This document shows, piece after piece, positions 37,278 through 47,709 of a DNA stretch of 64,000 bases. Each line of letters opens with the position of its first letter. Within the stretch, counting starts at the first letter, position 1. The notes under the pieces are model-generated. The model did not search any database. It saw only the letters and a program-made list of their open reading frames with translations, and had not been told where the DNA came from. The stretch comes from Burkholderiales bacterium (GTDB lineage: Bacteria; Pseudomonadota; Gammaproteobacteria; Burkholderiales; SG8-39). A program made the translations under genes and the position numbers. Location: assembly GCA_049582445.1 (NCBI GenBank), contig JBAUTZ010000310.1:6419-70418 (forward strand), given 5' to 3'.

Positions 37278-38171
37278 CTAGTCGCCCTCGTGTTCCACGC
37301 GAAAGCGCAGCGTGTGCTCCCCGTGCTCGTTCGCGCTGTGCCCGAGCCCGATCCAGCCGCGCTCCCCGAGCACCGCCTCCTCCCGGCGCAGCATGATCTC
37401 CGCAGCTCCACCGTCGGGCAACAGGAAGGTCCCGTTGGAGGACTGGTCCGCGAGCAGGAAATGCCCGCCGCGCGCCACGATGCGGGCGTGAAAGCGCGAA
37501 GCGTAGTTGCTCTTCACCACCAGGTCGTTCGCCTTGTCGCGCCCCAGCCTGAGCGCCGCAGGGCGGTGCAGGACCGCCGTCGCGTCGCCGCCGTACGTCA
37601 GCTTCAGGACACGCTCACCCTGGCGCGGCCGCAGGACGTTCGCCAGGGTGAGATCGGGATCCGCGCGCCAAAGCACCTCGTAGGCGGTGACCTCCTCCAG
37701 CCTGCCCTTGACCCGGATCGGAAACAGCCTACGGCAGCGCTCCCGCAACGCGGGCTCGAGAGCCCCGCACGTCGGCTCGTTGGTCAGCACTTGCTCCGAA
37801 TTGGCGAGCGACGCGAGCCGCGCGCAGACGTTTACCGTGTCGCCGAACACGTCGCCATCCGCGAGAACCACCGGCCCGTAGGTAAACGCGATCTTGATGG
37901 TCAGCCTGTGCGGGCGATGGCGATCATGCGCCGCCACCGCCTCCTGCATGTCGCAGGCGACCCGCGCTGCGGCGCTGGCGTCGGCGAACATGCAGACGAT
38001 GCCATCGCCCAGGCTCTTGACCACCGTGCCCGCCTGGCGCACCACGACTTCGCCCAGGCGCCGCAGCAGCGGGTCGATCACCGCCAAGGCCTGCGCGTCG
38101 CCGAGCGATTCGTAGATTCTGGTGCTATCGGTAACGTCGGCAAAAAGTATCGCGCGCTCGACCTTCTCCAC
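37278..38171 (-). CDS. Class III adenylyl cyclase domain fused to a C-terminal FHA domain
   Basis: The cyclase motifs are FADVTDST, KSLGDG and GDTVNVCARL, with K...D specificity residues. The FHA motifs are LGR...SRFHA...NGTF. The start is set at GTG 38171, with a GGGAAGG RBS. Confidence 0.8.
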   Translation of the reverse strand: MEKVERAILFADVTDSTRIYESLGDAQALAVIDPLLRRLGEVVVRQAGTVVKSLGDGIVCMFADASAAARVACDMQEAVAAHDRHRPHRLTIKIAFTYGPVVLADGDVFGDTVNVCARLASLANSEQVLTNEPTCGALEPALRERCRRLFPIRVKGRLEEVTAYEVLWRADPDLTLANVLRPRQGERVLKLTYGGDATAVLHRPAALRLGRDKANDLVVKSNYASRFHARIVARGGHFLLADQSSNGTFLLPDGGAAEIMLRREEAVLGERGWIGLGHSANEHGEHTLRFRVEHEGD

Positions 38172-38236
38172 GCCGCCTTCCCGCTTGTGGCAAAGGCGCG
38201 ATTTTAGTCCACCCTCCGCGCGCGAGCCTGACTCGG

Positions 38237-38821
38237 CTATACGGCCAGCGGCGGCACGAGGTCTCCCGGCGCATCGATGTCGCGGATCACGCCGGGGTCG
38301 CCACACGGGATCTTGACCAGCAAGTTCTCGTGCTGCACGAGGACTCGGCGCGCGCCCTCGTCACCCGAAAGTGCCTCCAGCTCGGCGCGAAAGCGTCCCG
38401 CGATGCCGACGGGATGGCCACGCCTGCGGCGAAAGTACGGCGCCGCGAGCAGCGCGCCCGCTTCGAGAGCTTCTCGAACGGCGGCGATCGAACTGGGGCG
38501 CACGAAGGGCATGTCGGCCAATGCGACGATGTAGCCGCGCGCCTCCCCTGCGGCGCGGACCGCACAGGCCAGGCTGGCGCCCATGCCCTCGTCCGCGTTC
38601 GCGCACACGACCACGTCGCAGCCTTCCGCCGCGAGGCTGCGCGCGCGTTCCTCGGCGCCCGGGCGCACCACGGCGACCACGCGCGAGACCTGGCTCAGCA
38701 GGTGGCGGGCCGCCTGCACCGCCATCGGGACCCCGTGCGGCAGGCGATGTTGCAGCTTGTCCGACCCGAAGCGCGAAGCAGACCCGGCCGCCAGCAGCAG
38801 GCCGACGAAGTCCTGGCTCAA
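38237..38821 (-). CDS. mocA: MobA-like nucleotidyltransferase, probable molybdenum cofactor cytidylyltransferase MocA
   Basis: GLLLAAGSASRFG is a P-loop-like motif, and ALADMPFV is present. The provisional TTG start at 38821 overlaps the xdhC stop (TTGA). Confidence 0.7.
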   Translation of the reverse strand: MSQDFVGLLLAAGSASRFGSDKLQHRLPHGVPMAVQAARHLLSQVSRVVAVVRPGAEERARSLAAEGCDVVVCANADEGMGASLACAVRAAGEARGYIVALADMPFVRPSSIAAVREALEAGALLAAPYFRRRRGHPVGIAGRFRAELEALSGDEGARRVLVQHENLLVKIPCGDPGVIRDIDAPGDLVPPLAV

Positions 38822-39834
38822 GCTTTCTGCGGCGCGACCTCGCAGGCCGACGGCGCGAAGCGGCTCCCTTCCTTCTCGGCCCAATCCGGCGCGGTGACAC
38901 CGTGGCGCACTGCCGTCATCTCGGCGAGGATAGCCACCGCGATCTCGGGCGGCGTCTTGGAGCCGATGTAGAGTCCGACCGGGCCGCGCAAACGCGCGAT
39001 CTCCGAGTCGGAAAGGTCGAACTCGCGCAGCCGCCTGCGGCGCGAATCGTTGTTCTTCTTCGAGCCGATGGCGCCGACGTAGAACGCCGCCGACTTGAGC
39101 GCCTCGAGCAACGCCATGTCGTCGAGCTTCGGATCGTGCGTCAGCGCCACTACGGCACTGTGGCCGTCAAGATTTAGACCTGCGATAACGTCATCCGGCA
39201 TGCCACGATCGAGGGCCACGCCGGCCAGGTTCCAGCCTTCTGCGTACTCCTCGCGCGGATCGACCACGGTCACGTGGTAATCGAGCATCCGCGCCATCTC
39301 TGCGAGATAGCGCGTCAGCTGCCCTGCGCCGATCAGAACAAGGCGCCAGCGCGGGCCATGCACGGTCGTAAGCGCCTTGCCGTCGTACTCCAGCACGTCC
39401 TGCCAGCCGCCTGGCTCGAGCGTAACGCGGCCGGAATCCATCTCCAGGCGCCGGCGCACCAGCTGCTGCTTGCCGATCGTGTCGAGCAGTTGCCCGATCG
39501 CGCTGGCGTCACCCACCGGCTCTAGCACGACCTGCAGCGTCCCGCCGCAGGGCAGGCCCCAGCGGGTCGCTTCCTCGTTCGTCACTCCGTAGGTCAGCTC
39601 CTGCGGCCGCGTCGCAGCGACCGCCCTGGCTCTCACCTTCTCCACCAGATCGTCCTCGACACAGCCCCCAGACACCGAGCCGGATATCTGGCCGTCGTCC
39701 CGCACGGCGACCAGGGCACCCACCGGACGCGGCGCCGAGCCCCAGGTCTTCACGATGGTCCCGAGAGTCACCCCGTGGCCCGCCTTGCGCCAGGCCTCGG
39801 CGCTTCGCAACACCTCGATGTCTACGCTGTCCAT
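38818..39834 (-). CDS. xdhC: XdhC/CoxI-family molybdoenzyme maturation (sulfuration/insertion) factor
   Basis: The N-terminal XdhC_CoxI region has GSAPRPVGALVAV...GSVSGGCVE. A C-terminal Rossmann-like domain (LVLIGAG) follows. ATG at 39834 has a GGAGG RBS. Confidence 0.8.
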   Translation of the reverse strand: MDSVDIEVLRSAEAWRKAGHGVTLGTIVKTWGSAPRPVGALVAVRDDGQISGSVSGGCVEDDLVEKVRARAVAATRPQELTYGVTNEEATRWGLPCGGTLQVVLEPVGDASAIGQLLDTIGKQQLVRRRLEMDSGRVTLEPGGWQDVLEYDGKALTTVHGPRWRLVLIGAGQLTRYLAEMARMLDYHVTVVDPREEYAEGWNLAGVALDRGMPDDVIAGLNLDGHSAVVALTHDPKLDDMALLEALKSAAFYVGAIGSKKNNDSRRRRLREFDLSDSEIARLRGPVGLYIGSKTPPEIAVAILAEMTAVRHGVTAPDWAEKEGSRFAPSACEVAPQKA

Positions 39835-39874
39835 GCATGCCTCCAATCCGGGGCTATGGCGCTATTTTATTCCC

Positions 39875-41263
39875 TTATGCGGACAGGACCGGAAAAATCA
39901 AGGTCACTCTGCAGCCCTTTCCCGTGGTCGCCGGCTCGCCGATCTCGAGGCTGGCGCCATGCGATGCGGCGATCTCGCCTACGATCGCCAGCCCCAGCCC
40001 GCTGCCCGTGCCGAGGGTTCCCGGAACGCGGTAGAACCGCTGCAGCACGTGCGCGCGCTCTTCGGGCGGAATGCCTGGCCCGTCATCCTCGACCTCGAGG
40101 ATGGCCTGCGGACGACCCTCGGCCGCGCGCGTGCCCGTGCGCACCGTGACGTGGCCCCCGGACGGGGTGTACTCGAGCGCGTTGTGCACCAGGTTCGCGA
40201 GCGCCTCGCGCAACAGAAACTCGTTGCCCCGCGCGCGCGCCTCGCCGAGTTCGAAGCCCAGATCGATGTCCCGCGCCAAGGCGCGGTGAACCCACTCGTC
40301 GGCTACACCCTCGACGATGCGCCTGATATCGAGCGTCTGCATCCCTGCTTCGGGATTCCCTCCGGGCTCCGCGCGCGCCAGCGCGAGCAGCTGATTCGCA
40401 AGCCGCGCGGTCCTTATAGTCGCCAAGTGCACCTGCTCGAGCTCGGTGCGGCACCCCTCTGGTACCGGCTGTGCGAGGGCAAGCTCGGTATGCGCTTGCA
40501 GTCCGGCAAGCGGCGTGCGCAACTGGTGCGCCGCGTTGGCCAGGAACCGCTGCTGGTTGTTGTTCGCTTCCGCCACCCGCCCGAAGAGGTCGTTCAGCGC
40601 GCCAACGAGCGGTTTCGCTTCCTCGGGTGCGTGTTCGACTTCGATCGGCCGCAGGTCCCGCGGCGAGCGTTCCTTGATCTGCTCGGAGAGCCGGGCGAGC
40701 GGCGTCAGCCCGCGCTTTACGCCGAACCACACGATCACCAGTGTGGCGACCGCGATCAGCAAGGTCGGCACCAGGCTGGAAAGCACGATGTCGCGCACGA
40801 GGCGCCTGCGCTTGACGGTGGTCTCGGCGACCTGGACGGTGCATACCTTTCCCTCGCAGGGGACGAGCACGCCAACCACCCGCACGGGGCGGTCCATGTA
40901 ACGGTCGTCATAGGCAATGACGCCTTCCTTGGGCACGGCCTTCGGAGGCGGTGGCGCCAGACCCGGATCCCCCCCTACGGGCGTGCCGTCCGGCGCCAGC
41001 ACGCGGAAGTAGATCTGGTCGCGGCGGTCGGTGCGCAGCACCCGCTCAGCCGCAACGGGCAAGTCCAGAGCGTAGACACCATTTTCCAGCCGGATGCGCT
41101 CGCCGAGCGCCAGGCCGATATCGATCAGGGCTTGGTCATAAGCCGCCCTGGCAGGGCCAATTACCGGGTAGTAAGCGATCACTGCGCCCGCGGCCAAGAG
41201 CGCAGAGATCGGCGGCAGCAGCCGCCGCAGCAGTTGAACTCGAAGACTTCGGCCGGTGGTCAC
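39875..41263 (-). CDS. Sensor histidine kinase with a TctE/QseC-like periplasmic N-terminal domain
   Basis: The start is set at GTG 41263, 1 nt after the response-regulator stop. There are two TM segments, the H-box NAAHQLRTPL, the G1 motif DDGPGIP and the G2 motif GSGLGLAIV. Confidence 0.85.
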   Translation of the reverse strand: MTTGRSLRVQLLRRLLPPISALLAAGAVIAYYPVIGPARAAYDQALIDIGLALGERIRLENGVYALDLPVAAERVLRTDRRDQIYFRVLAPDGTPVGGDPGLAPPPPKAVPKEGVIAYDDRYMDRPVRVVGVLVPCEGKVCTVQVAETTVKRRRLVRDIVLSSLVPTLLIAVATLVIVWFGVKRGLTPLARLSEQIKERSPRDLRPIEVEHAPEEAKPLVGALNDLFGRVAEANNNQQRFLANAAHQLRTPLAGLQAHTELALAQPVPEGCRTELEQVHLATIRTARLANQLLALARAEPGGNPEAGMQTLDIRRIVEGVADEWVHRALARDIDLGFELGEARARGNEFLLREALANLVHNALEYTPSGGHVTVRTGTRAAEGRPQAILEVEDDGPGIPPEERAHVLQRFYRVPGTLGTGSGLGLAIVGEIAASHGASLEIGEPATTGKGCRVTLIFPVLSA

Positions 41264-41264
41264 G

Positions 41265-41939
41265 TCAAGGCCCCACGAAATCCTCGAGCATGTAGCCGAA
41301 CCCGCGGACGGTCCGGACGCGGATCCCGGCGGGCTCGAGCTTCGCGCGCAGGCGCGACAGGTAGACCTCGATCGCGTTGGGCGAGAGCTCCTCGCCCCAG
41401 CTTGCGACCGCCTGGATGATCGATTCCTTCGAGACGACGCGCTCGACGTTGGCGAGCAATACCTCGAGTACTGCCCATTCGCGCGCGGCCAGGTCGAGCG
41501 GCGCACCCCCGAGGTAGGCGCGGCGCGCTACGGTATCGAGGACCAGCGGCCCGTGCACGACCTTCGGTCCAGCCTGCGACTGGCTGCGGCGAATCAGGGC
41601 ACGGACGCGTGCTGCAAGCTCGGGCATTGCGAATGGCTTGGCAACGTAGTCGTCGCCACCGATGTCTAGCCCGCGCACCCGGTCGTCGGTCGCGTCGCGC
41701 GCCGTGAGCAGCAATACCGGGACGCGGTTGGGCGCGGCGCGAAGACGGCGCAGCGCCTCGAAACCATCGATGCCAGGCAAGCCCACGTCGAGGATGACGA
41801 GGTCGAAGCGCTCCTGCTTCGCCGCGAGAACCGCCTGCTCACCGCTCCTCACGGAGTCGACCGCGTAGCCCTCCGACTCAAGGATGCGGGTCAGGCCACT
41901 GACGAGAACGGGATCATCCTCGACGATCAGGATGCGCAT
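41265..41939 (-). CDS. OmpR/PhoB-family response regulator (TctD-like), copy 1
   Basis: The REC domain has VEDD...DLVILD...LLLTA...KPF, followed by a winged-helix domain (VRGFGYML). Confidence 0.9.
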   Translation of the reverse strand: MRILIVEDDPVLVSGLTRILESEGYAVDSVRSGEQAVLAAKQERFDLVILDVGLPGIDGFEALRRLRAAPNRVPVLLLTARDATDDRVRGLDIGGDDYVAKPFAMPELAARVRALIRRSQSQAGPKVVHGPLVLDTVARRAYLGGAPLDLAAREWAVLEVLLANVERVVSKESIIQAVASWGEELSPNAIEVYLSRLRAKLEPAGIRVRTVRGFGYMLEDFVGP

Positions 41940-42008
41940 GGGGCAGGCATGGAACGGGGCGCAGCATCATAGCGCCCGCCCGCCCCGCACGCATCCGCCC
42001 CACGCGCT

Positions 42009-42764
42009 TCAGGCGGCCTTGCGGCTGGGATACTCCAGCAGCATGTAACCGAAGCCGCGAACCGTGCGAATGCGGATGCCGCCCGGTTCGAGCTTGGCCC
42101 GCAGGCGCGAAACGTAGACCTCGATCGCGTTCAGCGACAAGTCGTCGCTCACCCCCGCGACCGCCTCGATAATCGCTTCCTTCGATACCGTGCGCTCGAT
42201 GCGCTCGAGCAGCACCATCAGCACCGACCATTCGCGGGCGGCCATTTCCAGGGGCTGCCCGCTTAGCCACGCTCGCCTCGCGTTGGTGTCGAGCGTCAGC
42301 GGCCCGTGCACGATGCGCGGCCCGGTCTGTCCACGGCCGCGCCGTCCTAGTGCACGAACGCGCGCCGCCAGCTCGGGCAAGGCGAACGGCTTGGGCATAT
42401 AGTCGTCGGCGCCGAGGTCCAGTCCGCGTACCCGGTCATCGACCGCGTCGCGCGCCGTGAGGATCAGCACCGGTTGCGCGTGTCCGGCCGCGCGCATGCG
42501 CTTCAGGACCTCGAAGCCGTCGATTCCCGGCAGGCCAATGTCCAGCACCATCAGGTCGAAACGCTCGGCGGAAATGCGGCCGAGAGCCTCCTCACCGTTG
42601 CCCGTGGCGGCCACCTCGTAGCCCTGGTTGACGAGCGCGCGCGACAATCCTGCGGCGAGCGACGCGTCATCCTCCACGAGCAGCAGGCGCACTGGCGCGG
42701 GACCTTGGGGAGAGGGCGGCACGCCAGACGCTTCAGGGGCATGATTGACCTGCGCATGATTCAT
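42009..42764 (-). CDS. OmpR/PhoB-family response regulator, copy 2 (paralogue of copy 1 with a 27-aa N-terminal extension)
   Basis: It has the same architecture as copy 1. My hand alignment gives about 145/219 identical residues. GAGGAG RBS 6 nt before the ATG. Confidence 0.9.
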   Translation of the reverse strand: MNHAQVNHAPEASGVPPSPQGPAPVRLLLVEDDASLAAGLSRALVNQGYEVAATGNGEEALGRISAERFDLMVLDIGLPGIDGFEVLKRMRAAGHAQPVLILTARDAVDDRVRGLDLGADDYMPKPFALPELAARVRALGRRGRGQTGPRIVHGPLTLDTNARRAWLSGQPLEMAAREWSVLMVLLERIERTVSKEAIIEAVAGVSDDLSLNAIEVYVSRLRAKLEPGGIRIRTVRGFGYMLLEYPSRKAA

Positions 42765-42784
42765 TTTCGGCTCCTCGTTAGTTT

Positions 42785-42803
42785 GCGGTAGGCCGCGGTA
42801 GGC
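42785..42803. repeat. Tandem direct repeat GCGGTAGGC-c-GCGGTAGGC (10-nt period) just upstream of response regulator copy 2
   Basis: Read directly from the sequence at 42785..42793 and 42795..42803. Confidence 0.6.
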
Positions 42804-43037
42804 GGATTGCGCAAGGCTAGCTTCGGCGCCTTACCCCTTGCTTAAACAAGTCTTGCAGTAACCTTGCGACAGGATTCCCGCGATTTCTTTTCTGCGGTGC
42901 AACATTGCCCACGCTTATGGGCTTCGCTACGATAGGCGCGCAAATCACGCGATCGCCAAGCCCGTAGCCACGGTTCCACTTCAAACGGGCGCCGGCGCGG
43001 TACATCCAGCCACAAGAACCGTCCCGAAGGAGGCAAT

Positions 43038-43517
43038 ATGGCAGTGAAGATTTCCATGAAGGTCAACGGCAAGCCCGTCTCGGCCGAGGTCGAGGCGCGC
43101 ACGCTGCTGGTGACGTTCATCCGCGAACACCTCAGACTCACCGGCACGCACGTGGGTTGCGACACCGCCCAGTGCGGCGCCTGCACCGTTCACATGAACG
43201 GCAAGGCGGTGAAGTCGTGCTCGATGCTGGCGATGCAGGCCGAGGGCGCCGAGATCGTGACCATCGAAGGCGTGGCCAAGGCCGATGGCACATTGCATCC
43301 GATGCAGGCCGCGTTCAAGGAGCACCACGGTTTGCAGTGCGGCTTCTGCACGCCGGGCATGGTGATGAACGCGATCGACTACGCCGGCAAGCACCCGGGC
43401 GCGAGCGAGCAGGAAGTGCGCGAGAGCCTCGAGGGCAATCTGTGCCGCTGCACCGGCTACCACAATATCGTCAAGGCGATCATGGCCGGTTCCAAGACCA
43501 TGGCCGCGTCCAAGTAA
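43038..43517 (+). CDS. coxS: Molybdenum hydroxylase small subunit, 2x[2Fe-2S] (CoxS-like)
   Basis: The cysteine clusters are [12 protein letters not shown]...SC and CGFCTPG...CRCTGY. GAAGGAGG RBS. Confidence 0.9.
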   Translation: MAVKISMKVNGKPVSAEVEARTLLVTFIREHLRLTGTHVGCDTAQCGACTVHMNGKAVKSCSMLAMQAEGAEIVTIEGVAKADGTLHPMQAAFKEHHGLQCGFCTPGMVMNAIDYAGKHPGASEQEVRESLEGNLCRCTGYHNIVKAIMAGSKTMAASK

Positions 43518-43529
43518 GGAGGACATGCC

Positions 43530-45890
<2,361 letters not shown>

Positions 45891-45910
45891 GAAGGAAAAA
45901 GGAGAACACC

Positions 45911-46708
45911 ATGCACGCATTCGAATACCATCGCCCCTCGTCGCTCGCCGACGCGTCCAAGCTGGCGACCAAGGGCGCCGACACCAAGCTTCTGGCCGGC
46001 GGCCAGAGCCTGGTGCAGACAATGAAGCTGCGCCTGTCCGCGCCGAGCGACCTCGTAGACCTGAACGCGATCGGCGAGCTGCGCGGCATCAAGTCCGACG
46101 GCAAGACGGTCACCATTGGTGCGATGACGCGCCACGCCGAGGTCGCGGCCTCCGCGGACGTGAAGAAGGCGATCCCCGCCCTCGCCGCGCTCGCCAGCAT
46201 GATCGGCGACCGGCAGGTGCGCCACCAGGGAACGATCGGCGGCTCGCTCGCCAACAACGACCCCGCCGCCGACTACCCGGCCGCGGTCCTCGGCCTCGGC
46301 GCCACGGTAGTGACCAACAAGCGCAGGATCGAGGCAGACAAGTTCTTCAAGGGCATGTTTGAGACCGCCCTCGAGGGCGGCGAGATCATCACGCAAGTCT
46401 CCTTCCCCGTGCCGAAGCGCGCCGCGTACACGAAATTCAAGAACCCGGCCTCGCGCTTTGCCATCGTCGGCGTGTTCGTCGCCGACACCGGCAGCGGCGT
46501 GCGGGTGGCCATCACCGGCGCGGGTCCGAGCGTATTCCGCCAGGGCGACATGGAGAAGGCGCTGTCGGCCAAGTTCGACTCCGCATCCGTCGCCAGCGTC
46601 AAGCAGAAGGCCGATGGCCTGAACAGCGACCTGCACGCGAGCGCGGAGTATCGGGCTCACCTCGTCACGGTCATGGCGAAGCGCGCGGTGGAGGCGGCAC
46701 TGAAATAG
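45911..46708 (+). CDS. coxM: Molybdenum hydroxylase medium FAD-binding subunit (CoxM-like)
   Basis: LLAGGQSL and GTIGGSLANNDPAADY are FAD_binding_5 motifs. The ATG at 45911 follows AAGGAAAAAGGAGAA. Confidence 0.9.
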   Translation: MHAFEYHRPSSLADASKLATKGADTKLLAGGQSLVQTMKLRLSAPSDLVDLNAIGELRGIKSDGKTVTIGAMTRHAEVAASADVKKAIPALAALASMIGDRQVRHQGTIGGSLANNDPAADYPAAVLGLGATVVTNKRRIEADKFFKGMFETALEGGEIITQVSFPVPKRAAYTKFKNPASRFAIVGVFVADTGSGVRVAITGAGPSVFRQGDMEKALSAKFDSASVASVKQKADGLNSDLHASAEYRAHLVTVMAKRAVEAALK

Positions 46709-46730
46709 CCGTGCCGCGAGCCCCTTCCAA

Positions 46731-46760
46731 CGGCCCGCCCCTGGCGGGCCGTTTCTTTTT
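46731..46760 (+). terminator. Rho-independent terminator after coxM
   Basis: CGGCCCGCC-cct-GGCGGGCCG followed by TTTCTTTTT, with a TACAAT hexamer immediately after at 46761..46766. Confidence 0.75.
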
Positions 46761-46790
46761 TACAATGTGAGTTTTGTAGGTCTCCCCGCC

Positions 46791-47702
46791 ATGCCTCGCC
46801 CCCTGCCGAAATCGATCGACGAAACCCAGCACCTGCTCACCTCGGCCGATTACGTCGCCGACCGCAGCCTCGCCACCGCTCTGTTCCTGGCGCTCGCCAT
46901 GCGGCGCCCCCTGTTCCTCGAGGGCGAGGCCGGAGTCGGCAAGACCGAGATCGCCAAGGTTATCGCCGAAGCGCTCGGCCGCGAGCTGATCCGGCTGCAA
47001 TGCTACGAGGGTTTGGACATCGCGCAGGCGGCCTACGAGTGGAACTACTCGCGCCAGATGATCGAAATCCGCCTGGCGGAGGCGGCAGGCGAAAAGTCCA
47101 AGGAAAAGATCTCCCAGGACATCTTCAACGAGCGCTTCCTGGTCAAGCGTCCCCTGGCGCGGGCCCTCGAGGGTAAGCCCGGCAGTGCGCCGGTGCTGCT
47201 GATCGACGAGCTCGACCGCACCGACGAGCCCTTCGAGGCGTACCTGCTCGAGGTGCTCTCCGACTGGCAGATCTCGATTCCCGAGATCGGTACCCTGCGT
47301 GCCATCGAGCCGCCCATCGTGGTCATCACCTCGAACCGAACGCGCGAGATCCACGATGCGGTAAAGCGGCGCTGCTTCTACCACTGGGTCGATTACCCTG
47401 ACGCAGCGCGCGAGCTTGAGATCCTCAAGCGCAAGGCACCGAAGGCGGCCGAGGCATTGTCCAGGGAAGTCGTCGCGTTCGTGCAGCGCCTGCGCAGCGT
47501 CGAGCTGTTCAAACTGCCGGGCGTCGCCGAGACCATCGACTGGGTCAACTGCCTGGTGGCGCTCGACCGCATCGCGCTCGATCCCGAGACCGTGAACAAC
47601 ACGCTCGGCGTGCTGCTCAAGTACCAGGACGACATCGAAAAGATTGCCGGCGAAGAGGCGACGCGCCTGGTCGCGGACGCGAAGGCGGCGGCCGCCGCCT
47701 GA
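46791..47702 (+). CDS. coxD: MoxR-type AAA+ ATPase (CoxD-like)
   Basis: GEAGVGKT is the Walker A motif and LLIDELDR is the Walker B motif. ATG 46791 is preferred over the track's GTG 46767. Confidence 0.85.
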   Translation: MPRPLPKSIDETQHLLTSADYVADRSLATALFLALAMRRPLFLEGEAGVGKTEIAKVIAEALGRELIRLQCYEGLDIAQAAYEWNYSRQMIEIRLAEAAGEKSKEKISQDIFNERFLVKRPLARALEGKPGSAPVLLIDELDRTDEPFEAYLLEVLSDWQISIPEIGTLRAIEPPIVVITSNRTREIHDAVKRRCFYHWVDYPDAARELEILKRKAPKAAEALSREVVAFVQRLRSVELFKLPGVAETIDWVNCLVALDRIALDPETVNNTLGVLLKYQDDIEKIAGEEATRLVADAKAAAAA

Positions 47703-47709
47703 TCGAACG

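Noticed and set aside
35948-37396. A 482-aa plus-strand ORF
   Set aside because: It is antisense to glyA and has no motifs or RBS. It is a shadow ORF.
42895-42909. A sigma54-like GGTGCA-N4-TTGCC element upstream of coxS
   Set aside because: The GG to GC spacing is one nucleotide short of consensus, and no sigma54-type (AAA+ EBP) activator is encoded nearby. The adjacent regulators are OmpR-type.
46767-46790. The track's GTG 46767 start for the CoxD-like gene
   Set aside because: It lies inside or immediately after the coxM terminator T-run and the TACAAT hexamer. ATG 46791 gives a normal N terminus (MPRPLPKSIDE...).
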